From an uncultured Candidatus Saccharibacteria bacterium (GTDB lineage: Bacteria > Patescibacteriota > Doudnabacteria > UBA920), in NCBI GenBank assembly GCA_964594755.1, contig CAZQMO010000004.1, forward strand, positions 4,311-68,310: a DNA stretch of 64,000 nt, written 5' to 3'. Below the pieces are notes generated by a model that was given only the letters and a program-made list of their open reading frames with translations, was not told where the DNA came from and did not search any database. This document shows positions 47,678 to 56,473 of the stretch, in pieces. The first letter of the stretch is position 1; every line of letters starts with the position of its first letter. The position numbers and the translations under genes are program-made.

Positions 47678-47752
47678 AAAAAATTTAAATTGATACAAAA
47701 GGGAGTTTAGCTGAGCTTGCACTGCCTTGTCAAATCACTGTTGTAGACAGGA

Positions 47753-48028
47753 TTGAGAAAAGTTTTTATAATATTCACAAAGGAGGTGGGTATGAAGTCA
47801 ACATCCGAGTGGCAGTGGATTTGGAGATTTATTGCATTCTCTTTCATTTTTGGGCTTGTATTGACTCTGAATTTTCTGGACAGCATGCATGTTGTTTTTC
47901 CTTCTGTGTTCAAATTTGAAGAGTCGGTTTACCAGCGAGTATTTGAGGAACCATATCTGTTGGTTGCTTTGTTTGTCGGGTCAGTCGCGGTTGATATGAT
48001 TATCGGCCGATTAAGTCGTAGTTCCTAA
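47753..48028 (+). CDS. small membrane protein, hypothetical
   Basis: aaggaggtgggt SD; two TM helices. Confidence 0.4.
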   Translation: MRKVFIIFTKEVGMKSTSEWQWIWRFIAFSFIFGLVLTLNFLDSMHVVFPSVFKFEESVYQRVFEEPYLLVALFVGSVAVDMIIGRLSRSS

Positions 48029-48031
48029 GGT

Positions 48032-49255
48032 TTAGCGCGGCGTAATCACATTTGTGGTTGCGCCAATTTTATTTAAGATTTTTTGTTTCTCCTGTTCGGT
48101 TGCCAAACGAGGTTGCCCGTAATTTTCGATGATCACAGGAACTAACTCGATTTGTTTAAGAGTAGCTGGCTTTGGCGTGCCTTGCAACTCAGTTGTGCAC
48201 ACAAGGTTAATTTGCTCAGTTCTAGACAGGGGAGTGGGCGAGTTTGGTAGTAATCCAGGATGACATAAACCTGGTTTAGTAAGAGTGATTTTTAGCATTA
48301 AACCTTCCCGTGTATCTTGGCTCCACATTTGATCGAATACAAAGTTTCCCAAAGAATAAAAAATTTGTTTGCCTTTGTATTCTTCAATGGTTTGGATCCA
48401 GTGTGGATGAGCACCAATAACGATATCAGCTCCAGCATCGATAGCGGCTCGAGCAAAACCTGTTTGCTCATAATTAGGTTCACGCGTATATTCTTCTCCG
48501 GCATGCATGGTTACCACAATAAAATCGCTACGGGTTTTTAGTTCTTTGATTGATTCGGATAAACGGCTCTGGTCTTTGATTCTTGCTGTGTGTTGTGCAT
48601 CAATGAACCCATCTGGAGTAATGGCAGCGTAGGTAGCTCCAATAAAACCTACTCTTACACCTTTAATAGAAAACACTTGTCCTTTCCAAGCTTCATCTAA
48701 GTTTGAACCAACTCCTAGTGCTTTAAGGTTATTTTCTTCTAAGATTTTTTTGGTGTAAGTTAGACCATCAAGACCTTGATTAAAAATGTGGTTGTTGGCC
48801 AAGTTTAAAACAGTAAAGTTGTATTGCACAAGTCCTGGTAGTGACCAAGATGGCGAATTAAAAATAAATTGGTTCTGGAATTTGTATTCATCACTCCCAC
48901 TAAAAGGTGACTCTAAATTGCCAAAATTAAAATCCACATCCCAACGGAGTTCATTTTCTAGATTGCGAAAAGGCCAATAGGCATCTCTTTGGTTTGCATA
49001 CATTTTATTGGCCACTTCGCGAGAAAGCATGATGTCGCCAACCGCATTAAAGGTAACTTCTGTGTTAGCGTCTTTGAGATTTCTAAGCTGTTGCTGTGAC
49101 CATTGATAGTAGTCTTCAAGCGAATCTCCAGAGATTCCTCCGTAAAGAGGTGGGCTTTGCGAGTTTGGATTCAGTGTTTGATAACCGAGTACTCCGAAAG
49201 CGCCTAGAATAAATAGTAATACTGCGCTGATAAAAATTTTAGGGTGAAAGTTCAT
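48032..49255 (-). CDS. CapA-family metallophosphatase (poly-gamma-glutamate synthesis-type)
   Basis: N-terminal TM helix; GDIML, GNLES, NNHIFNQG, GAHPHW metallophosphoesterase motifs. Confidence 0.7.
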   Translation of the reverse strand: MNFHPKIFISAVLLFILGAFGVLGYQTLNPNSQSPPLYGGISGDSLEDYYQWSQQQLRNLKDANTEVTFNAVGDIMLSREVANKMYANQRDAYWPFRNLENELRWDVDFNFGNLESPFSGSDEYKFQNQFIFNSPSWSLPGLVQYNFTVLNLANNHIFNQGLDGLTYTKKILEENNLKALGVGSNLDEAWKGQVFSIKGVRVGFIGATYAAITPDGFIDAQHTARIKDQSRLSESIKELKTRSDFIVVTMHAGEEYTREPNYEQTGFARAAIDAGADIVIGAHPHWIQTIEEYKGKQIFYSLGNFVFDQMWSQDTREGLMLKITLTKPGLCHPGLLPNSPTPLSRTEQINLVCTTELQGTPKPATLKQIELVPVIIENYGQPRLATEQEKQKILNKIGATTNVITPR

Positions 49256-50373
49256 AAAATTGTTTGATATATCTGAGGGTGAATTTGTTTAATTTTGGAT
49301 TTAAGTTCCAGGGTACTGAGGATAGCTTGTAAATTTGTGGTGGTTAATTTTGTTGAGCTCTGAAGTTGCTGAAAGCTTTGTGGTTCATTTTGCATATATT
49401 TTAACACATTCAACTCTTCGGGCTTATAATTGAGGTCTGGGGATGGTTGAGGAAGCTTAAGATCTAGTTCTTGGAGAATCGAGTTGCCAGACATAATTGA
49501 TACTGCGCCATTTGAGATCAATTGGTTGGTGCCGATACTTTGAGGGGATAGGATAGAACCTGGCACGGCCATGACGGTGCGGTTATAATCAGCTGCGAAA
49601 TCAGCTGTAAGTAATGCGCCGCTCTTTTGCGCTGCTTCGACTATTAATACGGCTTGGCTGAGCCCAGCAATAATTCGATTACGAGCTACAAAGAAATATT
49701 TTTGTGGGACAGTTGTCGGAGGGTACTCAGAGACTAATAAGCCATTATTTTGGATGATGGAGTGGGCAAGCTGATAGTTTTCTTTAGGAAAGATATTTAC
49801 GTTATCTAAACCGCTACCTAATACTGCAATAGTCGGCAGTTGATTTTTTAATGCTGTCTGATGAGCGTACGCATCAATCCCATATGCTAAACCAGAAACG
49901 ATACCAATCGGACTTCCGGACAGTTCTGAGACAATTTTATTTACGGCGAGCTCCCCATATTTAGTCGCCCGTCGACTACCTATGATTGCGAGGTTATGTT
50001 GGTGATTGAGTAATTGTTTATTACCACGGTAGTATAAAATTAACGGAGGGTCTGGCAAATGCTTGAGGATGATAGGATAATCTTCTTCAAACATATTTAC
50101 GACAGAGACTTTTGAGTCTCTTAGAAGTTGTAGATACTTTTCTTCAGAGTTGGCTTGCAAGACTGTTAAAAATTTTTGACTGTGATCGCCTGATAGTCTC
50201 AGGATTTGGGGTAGTTTCTCTAATCTAAAACTATGTGGCAGAGTTTCAAATTGAGCTTGCCAACTGACTAAACTATCGATTATGAATGGTTTTGGTTGGC
50301 TAATTGCTAGGCCTAATATATAGAGCAGATAGGTGAGTTTATTCATGCTTAAATTGTGGCATTTAGCAATCAA
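49252..50373 (-). CDS. dprA: DNA-processing protein DprA (Smf)
   Basis: Rossmann-like DprA domain (IIGSRRATKYG...VSGLAYGIDAYAHQ), C-terminal wH; start may be the internal Met at 50346. Confidence 0.8.
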   Translation of the reverse strand: MIAKCHNLSMNKLTYLLYILGLAISQPKPFIIDSLVSWQAQFETLPHSFRLEKLPQILRLSGDHSQKFLTVLQANSEEKYLQLLRDSKVSVVNMFEEDYPIILKHLPDPPLILYYRGNKQLLNHQHNLAIIGSRRATKYGELAVNKIVSELSGSPIGIVSGLAYGIDAYAHQTALKNQLPTIAVLGSGLDNVNIFPKENYQLAHSIIQNNGLLVSEYPPTTVPQKYFFVARNRIIAGLSQAVLIVEAAQKSGALLTADFAADYNRTVMAVPGSILSPQSIGTNQLISNGAVSIMSGNSILQELDLKLPQPSPDLNYKPEELNVLKYMQNEPQSFQQLQSSTKLTTTNLQAILSTLELKSKIKQIHPQIYQTIL

Positions 50374-50430
50374 AACCCTATTAATTTTGCTTGAATTTTA
50401 GTTAAAAAATTGTTGAGGTTTCTTTAAATA

Positions 50431-50459
50431 TTGACAAAATAGCTATTTTGAGGTACAAT
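50431..50459 (+). promoter_or_regulatory. consensus sigma-70-type promoter
   Basis: TTGACA-17 nt-TACAAT. Confidence 0.6.
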
Positions 50460-50465
50460 TCCAGC

Positions 50466-50880
50466 ACAAAACTTAATTGTTTGACCAAGTTTGGTCTTGC
50501 GCCAGACTGTAAAGTGGTAAAGAAAAGTTTTGAAAATTTGTCTTCAGTATCCTACTTGTAAGTCGCGAGAGCGGGGATCATCCCTCCTATTTCTCCGCTA
50601 GTAGCGGTTAAGCAGAGACTTCGCAGCGATTGCTGTGTGCCTCTCACTTGCAGGTGGGGTAGTGAAGATAAAAACCATCAAACCATCTTCTACTGTTTGT
50701 TCATGAGGCTTCGCCGCTTTGCGGCTGCAGATTCATTCTCAAACAGTAGCAGATGGTTTTTATCTTCTTGGGAGAGAGGGTTTTGGAATACAGCTGCAGA
50801 TTGGTTCACAAACAATAGCGGGATTTTTATCTTCACAGGGATAGTGGGAAAACTAATACCGGCCTGGGCCGGTTTTAGTT
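50466..50880 (+). ncRNA. candidate ~410-nt structured noncoding RNA (unclassified)
   Basis: Consensus promoter, many short GC hairpins, a 107-nt IR hairpin (gtgaagataaaaaccatc ... gatggtttttatcttc), a 49-nt tandem duplication (50728-50776 and 50794-50842) giving alternative pairing partners, and an intrinsic terminator accggcctgggccggttttagtttt. The only ORF (87 aa, W-rich) is implausible. No RNase P, tmRNA, 6S or SRP signature seen. Confidence 0.4.
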
Positions 50881-51414
50881 TTGGAGGAACTTTTCGATGA
50901 GTTTGTTGGTCTCTGGGAAAACTTTTTCTTGTAAAGTATTTAACTCTTCATCAGTGAATTTTTGCAACACGAATTCATCAGTTGGTAGAGGGGAGTCGGG
51001 TTCGCGTGATTCAACTCCAATGCGAATTCGAGCAAAATCTTTACTTCCGAGTTCATCAACAATGTTTTGAACACCATTATGACCTGCGGCGCCGTTACCA
51101 TGAGCTTCGCGCAAACCACCAAATGGTAAATCCTTTTCATCGTGAATGACTAACAGGTCATATTTATAATCAACTTTATAGAATGAGCAAATCTCTCTAA
51201 CTACTTCACCAGACAAGTTCATAAAACTTTGTGGTTTAACTAAGAAAACCTTTTCTCCATTTTCGTGATACTCACAAATTTTGGCATCGAACTTGCTTTG
51301 ACAAGCAATTACATCACGGTCCTTCATAAAATAATCCAAAGCCAAGAATCCGGCATTGTGACGGGTGAGTTCGTATTTGTTTCCAGGGTTTCCCAAGCCA
51401 ACGATTATTTTCAT
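50875..51414 (-). CDS. pth: peptidyl-tRNA hydrolase
   Basis: MKIIVGLGNPGNKYELTRHNAGF...VIHDE; start taken at the internal Met; the ORF-track 5' extension is probably untranslated. Confidence 0.85.
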   Translation of the reverse strand: MKIIVGLGNPGNKYELTRHNAGFLALDYFMKDRDVIACQSKFDAKICEYHENGEKVFLVKPQSFMNLSGEVVREICSFYKVDYKYDLLVIHDEKDLPFGGLREAHGNGAAGHNGVQNIVDELGSKDFARIRIGVESREPDSPLPTDEFVLQKFTDEELNTLQEKVFPETNKLIEKFLQN

Positions 51415-51503
51415 GCCAGTATTATAGCAAAAAATAATGTGCTTATTGACTAATTTGCAAGACCGCGTGATAATAAAAAAAATTCGAAGGAGTGTTGCTG
51501 AAT

Positions 51504-52010
51504 ATGGCTGTATACGAGTTGCACATTTTTCCCGATGAGATTTTGGTGGTTCGTCATAACTTTGAAAAAAAGTTACTAGTTGTTGAGTTCTTACCACACC
51601 AAGCTCCTGAGCATATTCCCGAGTGTCCAACCATTGCTTGGATAAATTGGGGATTCGATCGTTATCTCCGTTTTTTGGGTACAGCAGTCTGCCCTAAGGT
51701 AAAACATAACTTGGCGTTGTTTTTTGGAAAGATCTGTTTTCAGGGTTGTTATGAGAGCAAGATTGTTCAACAAGCGACCTTACAAGACTTTCCTGGAAAG
51801 CTACGAGTCTGGTATCGGCAAATTTTGTTGTTCTTGCGACGATACTCTCAAGGAAGTTATCTAACGGATTATTTCCGAAAGCAACTCAAGCTAAGTTTGA
51901 TGTATTTTTGGAATTCTGGTGTTCAATATGGTAATGGGATTCGGAGCGCCTCGCAAGATGCTTGGCTACCTGAAGGCTGCCTAGATCTAACAGCAGTTTC
52001 GATTTCCTAG
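51504..52010 (+). CDS. hypothetical protein (Cys/Trp-rich)
   Basis: TTGACT-17-GATAAT promoter at 51439-51467, aaggag SD, terminator at 52016-52044; no family recognised. Confidence 0.4.
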   Translation: MAVYELHIFPDEILVVRHNFEKKLLVVEFLPHQAPEHIPECPTIAWINWGFDRYLRFLGTAVCPKVKHNLALFFGKICFQGCYESKIVQQATLQDFPGKLRVWYRQILLFLRRYSQGSYLTDYFRKQLKLSLMYFWNSGVQYGNGIRSASQDAWLPEGCLDLTAVSIS

Positions 52011-52015
52011 TTTTT

Positions 52016-52044
52016 CAGGCCCAGAGTAATCTGGGCCTTTTGTG
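52016..52044 (+). terminator. rho-independent terminator
   Basis: aggcccagagtaatctgggcct followed by tttgtg. Confidence 0.65.
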
Positions 52045-52077
52045 TTATACTCAAATTGTCATTAATTTATTTATCAT

Positions 52078-52497
52078 ATGTTAGATGAGCGAAGAAATTT
52101 TGAATCTGGTTCGGACATTTCTCATTTAGTTGAGGGTATGAAAACCGAACATTTTAATGAGGGTGCGGAGCGTTCAGTGGATGCAGGTACAGACCAAGCC
52201 CGCGATTTAATCAATTCTGAAGTGTTAGATTTTAACACAAAGTTTCCAGTAATCGATATTACTAATCATGAACAGATGCTGGCTATCCAAGACTATATTA
52301 TGGGGGTGTATAAAAATGATTCTGAGGCTGGTCGGGAGTTGTTAAAATTATTGAATGCTGAAACAGCCAGGCAGTTGCCGGCTGTGCAAAATCAAGAGCA
52401 AATCGATTTCGTTAATCAAGTTGCTAGTCAGCTCGAAGGTATGACCGGTGAAGATCTGGATGCTGGTATAGAGAAGGCACGCAGTGCACACTCATAA
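52078..52497 (+). CDS. hypothetical acidic protein (139 aa)
   Basis: ORF followed by terminator aaaccgccctgag...agggcggttttt; no family recognised. Confidence 0.45.
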   Translation: MLDERRNFESGSDISHLVEGMKTEHFNEGAERSVDAGTDQARDLINSEVLDFNTKFPVIDITNHEQMLAIQDYIMGVYKNDSEAGRELLKLLNAETARQLPAVQNQEQIDFVNQVASQLEGMTGEDLDAGIEKARSAHS

Positions 52498-52538
52498 GCA
52501 ATTTAAAACCGCCCTGAGCATAAGTCGAAGGGCGGTTT

Positions 52539-53858
52539 TTACTTTTTAGTGAGGTGTATTTTAATCGGTGTTCCCCAGAATCCTAACTTTTGAATGATTT
52601 GTTTTTCGAGATAGCGTCGGTATTGCTTAGAGATTGCTGCGGGGTGGTTAACAATGAGTTCAAACATGGGCGCAAAGCTGCCAATTTGGTTTAGTTCGTA
52701 AACTTTTGGAACTTTTTGATCTAACATTCGGCGCGGGGGATTTTTTTCCAAGGTATAGGCCAGCAATCTATCCAAGTCTGCTTGAGTTACAATTTTGGCT
52801 CTCGCTTCATAAATTGGTTTGAGTGCTTGTAGTGCTTCGGTGAGACCATCACCGGTTTTTGCAGACACGAAAAACACTGGTGCAAACCACAGGAAAGGGA
52901 AGTGCTGGGATACATAATCTTGAAGTTGTTTATCATCACCATCGTATTGGTCCATTTTGTTGACGACAATTACTACACCACGACCTAGATCTAAGATTTC
53001 ACCTGCGATGGCTTGATCTTGTTTGGTAATTGGTTCCACTGCATCGATGACAAACATGACCACTTCACTTTTGCGAATGGATTTAAAAGTCTGAAAAACA
53101 GAGAAAACGTCTGGTTGGGCTTGGCGGTATGACTTCTTTTTTAGCCCGGCTGTATCGATGAGTGTAAAATCTGTGCCTTCAAATTGAATGTCTACATCAA
53201 TAGAGGTTCGGGTGGTGCCGGGTATGTCTGATACCACTACACGGTCTTCCCCTAAAATTTTATTAACCAAACTTGATTTCCCAACATTTGGTTTTCCGAC
53301 AATTGCGACTGGAATTCCGCTAGGCTTTTCGGGTTTCGGAATTTTAAGTTTTTTGAGCTGATTAGCAATTTCATCCAAAAGTTCACCTATGCCGCGACCA
53401 GTTTGAGCAGAAACAGGAAAAATTAACTTAATACCTAACCGGTTCCATTCGGCTCCAAATTCTCGTAAAGCTTTCGGTGAATCAAGTTTATTGACAGCTA
53501 AAACTACTGGTTTGGTGGTCTTGCGAAATTTAACCAGAGCTTTACGGTCAATAGTGTTACTGTCAGTTTTACTGTCTCCTACAAACAGAATTAAATCTGC
53601 TTCGTTTAGAGCGTGGTCGATTTGTGTTTCAAGTTCAGCTTCTAGCTCTTGTTTCTGACCGTAAGTTAGTCCAGCGGTGTCTACCAAAGTAAAATCCACT
53701 CCGTTCCAGGAGGTGTCGATATATTGTCGGTCACGCGTGGTGCCAGCGACATCAGAAGTCACCGCTGCCCTTGTGCCAGCAATTTTATTTAGCAAAGTAG
53801 ATTTACCAACATTTGGTTCACCGACGATTGCTACGATTGGGAGACGTTGTTTGTTCAT
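52539..53858 (-). CDS. der: ribosome-biogenesis GTPase Der (EngA), tandem GTPase domains
   Basis: Two G domains (GEPNVGKSTLLN; GKPNVGKSSLVN) and a C-terminal KH-like domain. Confidence 0.9.
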   Translation of the reverse strand: MNKQRLPIVAIVGEPNVGKSTLLNKIAGTRAAVTSDVAGTTRDRQYIDTSWNGVDFTLVDTAGLTYGQKQELEAELETQIDHALNEADLILFVGDSKTDSNTIDRKALVKFRKTTKPVVLAVNKLDSPKALREFGAEWNRLGIKLIFPVSAQTGRGIGELLDEIANQLKKLKIPKPEKPSGIPVAIVGKPNVGKSSLVNKILGEDRVVVSDIPGTTRTSIDVDIQFEGTDFTLIDTAGLKKKSYRQAQPDVFSVFQTFKSIRKSEVVMFVIDAVEPITKQDQAIAGEILDLGRGVVIVVNKMDQYDGDDKQLQDYVSQHFPFLWFAPVFFVSAKTGDGLTEALQALKPIYEARAKIVTQADLDRLLAYTLEKNPPRRMLDQKVPKVYELNQIGSFAPMFELIVNHPAAISKQYRRYLEKQIIQKLGFWGTPIKIHLTKK

Positions 53859-53872
53859 ATTATAGGACTTAC

Positions 53873-53987
53873 ATTTTTGGCCAATTTCTTTGTCGCCAGC
53901 TCCGCTACTCGTTCACCGTTCCGCCAGCTGGCGGATTCACTACGGCTCACTCGTTGCTCGCTAGCTTCGCGAACTTGGCTCAAAAAT
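53873..53987. repeat. GC-rich IR-bounded element, copy B (long form) in der-LCP spacer
   Basis: atttttGGCCAATTTCTTTGTCGCCAGCTCCGCTACTCG-[ttcaccgttccgccagctggcggattcactacggctcactcgttgctcg]-CTAGCTTCGCGAACTTGGctcaaaaat. Terminal IR atttttggccaa / ttggctcaaaaat. Same plus-strand orientation as copy A although the flanking genes are on the minus strand. Confidence 0.8.
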
Positions 53988-54067
53988 CTAAGCCCGGGTT
54001 GGTCAATAATTATTAATTATTCCACTTTCTGAGAACTGGGTGGCTTAACTGAATTTTAAATATATAT

Positions 54068-55507
54068 TTAATTAGAATCTCCTAAAATGACGATGACATC
54101 AACTTTAGCTGGATCAATTTTAATTCCTGGAGGAGCCAATGAAACCTCGCTCGCGTTAAGGCGGTTTTTAATTAGTTCTATGGTAGCCTGTTTTTGATTT
54201 ACTGGGTAGACCACGTTTTGCTGCAATGGCTTTCCTGTATAAATGACTTTATAGACTGTTAAGCCGTTAGCAGATAATTCTTGTTCCGCTTGCTTGTATA
54301 GTTTTTGGGATACAGTGCTGTCAGCTAACCAAATGACTGCTTTTTCTGCCAACACAGCACCACCATCAAAGCTATCTTTAAAAAAGGCCATTATGTCTTC
54401 TGTTTTTTTGCCTTCACAAGTAGTAAGGACAAATGCACCGCTTTCTTCTAAAATCTTTGGACAGATTAAACCGCTCGACGGGTCTAGGCTGAGACTCACC
54501 ACTTGTTCGGAGTTATAGTCTTTCGTTAGTGAATAAAGACGAATCATTTCTCCTGGAGTTAGGTTGGTGTGAAAGTGGTCTCCAATAATTGTGAATAGTT
54601 CGTTGATTTTACCGGCATCGCCAACGATGTTGAGTGAAACCAGTTTAGTTTTGGCAGCTTGAATAATTTTTTGTTGACGAGCACTGCGAGCAAAGTCGCT
54701 TCCTTCTGCTCCCGCAGCATGTCGAGAACGAGCGAAGATTAACGCCCTCTCACCATTCATAGTTTCCATTCCTTCAGTAAAGGTGACTGGGGGTAGGTAG
54801 CCATTAGAATCATTTGGGAAAGTATAGTCGGTAAAAGTACGATCGATTTGGACATCAACACCACCTAGAAGATTGACAGTTTTTTCAAAACCATCAAAGT
54901 CAATTACTGCAAAGTAGGGGATGTCGAGTCCAGATATTTTTTCGACAACATCAATGGTGGCTTGTCCAGCTGTGTTCCAGTCTTGGGTGTTCTGATAAGT
55001 TTGCGCGAACACAGCATTAATTCGACCTTGGCCAAATTCTTTGGTGTTCACCAAGTAATCGCGCGGTACGGAAATTAAAGTTGCTTTATTTTCTTTGGGT
55101 TTTAACTGAGCCACAATGATGGTATCAGATAGGTAAGGTCCATCATGGCCAGGACCACCAATTCCCAACAACAACACGTTGACCTGACCATCGCTTTCGC
55201 CGATTAATTTACTTCCACTGCCCAAACTGAGTAAATCAGAGATACGGCTAGACAAACTTTGGCTATTTCCGACAAAGATTTTGTCTGCCAAGCTGGTGGT
55301 GCGGATCAAAACAAAACCGCCCAAGCCAACAATCAGTAAGATTACTAGGGCGAGAGTTATTTTTAAGCCGCGGCGGCCTTTGTGCTTAGGTGGCTGAGGT
55401 TCTAAGGTCTGGCTCGATTGATTGGGACCAAAACTAGTGTATTTGACTGGGCCAAATCTTGATCCCGACACGCTTTGGCTGTTTATTCTTGGGGGGCGAA
55501 TTTCCAT
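54068..55507 (-). CDS. LytR-CpsA-Psr (LCP) family cell-envelope phosphotransferase
   Basis: N-terminal TM helix, LCP catalytic domain (VNVLLLGIGGPGHDGPYLSDTIIVAQL), C-terminal LytR_C-like domain. Confidence 0.8.
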   Translation of the reverse strand: MEIRPPRINSQSVSGSRFGPVKYTSFGPNQSSQTLEPQPPKHKGRRGLKITLALVILLIVGLGGFVLIRTTSLADKIFVGNSQSLSSRISDLLSLGSGSKLIGESDGQVNVLLLGIGGPGHDGPYLSDTIIVAQLKPKENKATLISVPRDYLVNTKEFGQGRINAVFAQTYQNTQDWNTAGQATIDVVEKISGLDIPYFAVIDFDGFEKTVNLLGGVDVQIDRTFTDYTFPNDSNGYLPPVTFTEGMETMNGERALIFARSRHAAGAEGSDFARSARQQKIIQAAKTKLVSLNIVGDAGKINELFTIIGDHFHTNLTPGEMIRLYSLTKDYNSEQVVSLSLDPSSGLICPKILEESGAFVLTTCEGKKTEDIMAFFKDSFDGGAVLAEKAVIWLADSTVSQKLYKQAEQELSANGLTVYKVIYTGKPLQQNVVYPVNQKQATIELIKNRLNASEVSLAPPGIKIDPAKVDVIVILGDSN

Positions 55508-55698
55508 GTTCTGGGGGTGAAAGTTTCAAAATTACTTTGCTATTATATCGGAATTATTATCTAAAGTTAAGGGTAATTTTTACAAAAAAATGAGTAAAAT
55601 TTTACTTGCATCGCGTGTTGGGCAGTGTTATAGTGCAAATGTTATTCGTAATAATACGCATTACTAGACAGGACTTCTGGTAGTGTCAGAAACAAAAT

Positions 55699-56307
55699 AT
55701 GTCAGAACAAAAAATTGTAATCGAATCTGCTACCGAACAAGATCAACAGGCTACCACTGGATCATTCTTATGGGAATTAATCCGCATAATCATAGTTGCT
55801 TTTGTATTAATGGTAGGATTTAGAATTTTTGTAGCCGAACCGTTCGTGGTCTCCGGTTCTTCGATGGTGCCAAACTTCCACAACAAAGAATATTTAGTTA
55901 TCGACAAAGTCACTTACCGTTTTGGTGAGCCAGAACGTGGCGATGTGATAGTTTTTAAGTACCCAAAGGATACTTCTCAATACTTTATTAAACGAATCAT
56001 CGGTTTACCGGGAGAAAGAGTTCAAATAGATGATGGGAAAGTAGTAATATTTAATTCCGAACATCCTGACGGTATTACTATTACGGAACCTTACTTACCT
56101 GGTAACGATGCAACGTTTGGAAAGACAGATATCGTGAGTTTGGGTAGCGGTGAATATTATGTGTTAGGGGATAATCGTTTAGCTTCGAGTGATTCCCGCG
56201 TTTGGGGGGTATTGCCCGAGCGTAACATAGTAGGTCGTGCCTGGCTCAGAGCCTTCCCGATTTCTGAGTTCGGCTTACCAAAGTTCCCAGACCCAGTATT
56301 GAACTAA
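55699..56307 (+). CDS. lepB: signal peptidase I
   Basis: TM helix, SGSSMVP catalytic Ser box, KRIIGLPGE Lys box, GDNRLASSDSR box. Confidence 0.85.
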   Translation: MSEQKIVIESATEQDQQATTGSFLWELIRIIIVAFVLMVGFRIFVAEPFVVSGSSMVPNFHNKEYLVIDKVTYRFGEPERGDVIVFKYPKDTSQYFIKRIIGLPGERVQIDDGKVVIFNSEHPDGITITEPYLPGNDATFGKTDIVSLGSGEYYVLGDNRLASSDSRVWGVLPERNIVGRAWLRAFPISEFGLPKFPDPVLN

Positions 56308-56310
56308 GTA

Positions 56311-56429
56311 TGATTCCTGGATTTGCCCAATTTCTTTGTCGCCAGCTCCGCTACTCGTTCACCGTAGCTTTCACTACGGCTCACTCGTTGCTCGCTGGCT
56401 CCTCGAACTTGAACTAACCAGAAATCATC
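56311..56429. repeat. GC-rich IR-bounded element, copy C (intermediate form) in lepB-hisZ-like spacer
   Basis: tgattcctggatTTGCCCAATTTCTTTGTCGCCAGCTCCGCTACTCG-[ttcaccgtagctttcactacggctcactcgttgctcg]-CTGGCTCCTCGAACTTGaactaaccagaaatcatc. Terminal IR gattcctgg / ccagaaatc. The internal module equals B's minus the ccgccagctggcgg palindrome. Confidence 0.8.
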
Positions 56430-56473
56430 TAGGCTAGATATCTAATCCAAATCTACATAATTTTTCTAAAATA

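Noticed and set aside
50466-50880. Identification of the candidate ncRNA as RNase P RNA, tmRNA, 6S or SRP RNA
   Set aside because: I could not find the diagnostic motifs (GGAAAGUCC / ACAGAA for RNase P; tRNA-like paired ends and tag ORF for tmRNA). It ends in an intrinsic terminator rather than CCA. Left unclassified.
50637-50900. 87-aa ORF inside the candidate ncRNA
   Set aside because: W/F/S-rich implausible composition, no SD, and it spans the tandem-repeat region and terminator; treated as noncoding.
53847-54032. Peptides encoded across repeat copies A/B/C (e.g. ...LANFFVASSATRS...; minus-strand ...RVAELATKKLAK...)
   Set aside because: The shared peptide follows trivially from nucleotide identity. 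Frames are interrupted differently in each copy (a stop right after the core in C), so there is no independent coding evidence.
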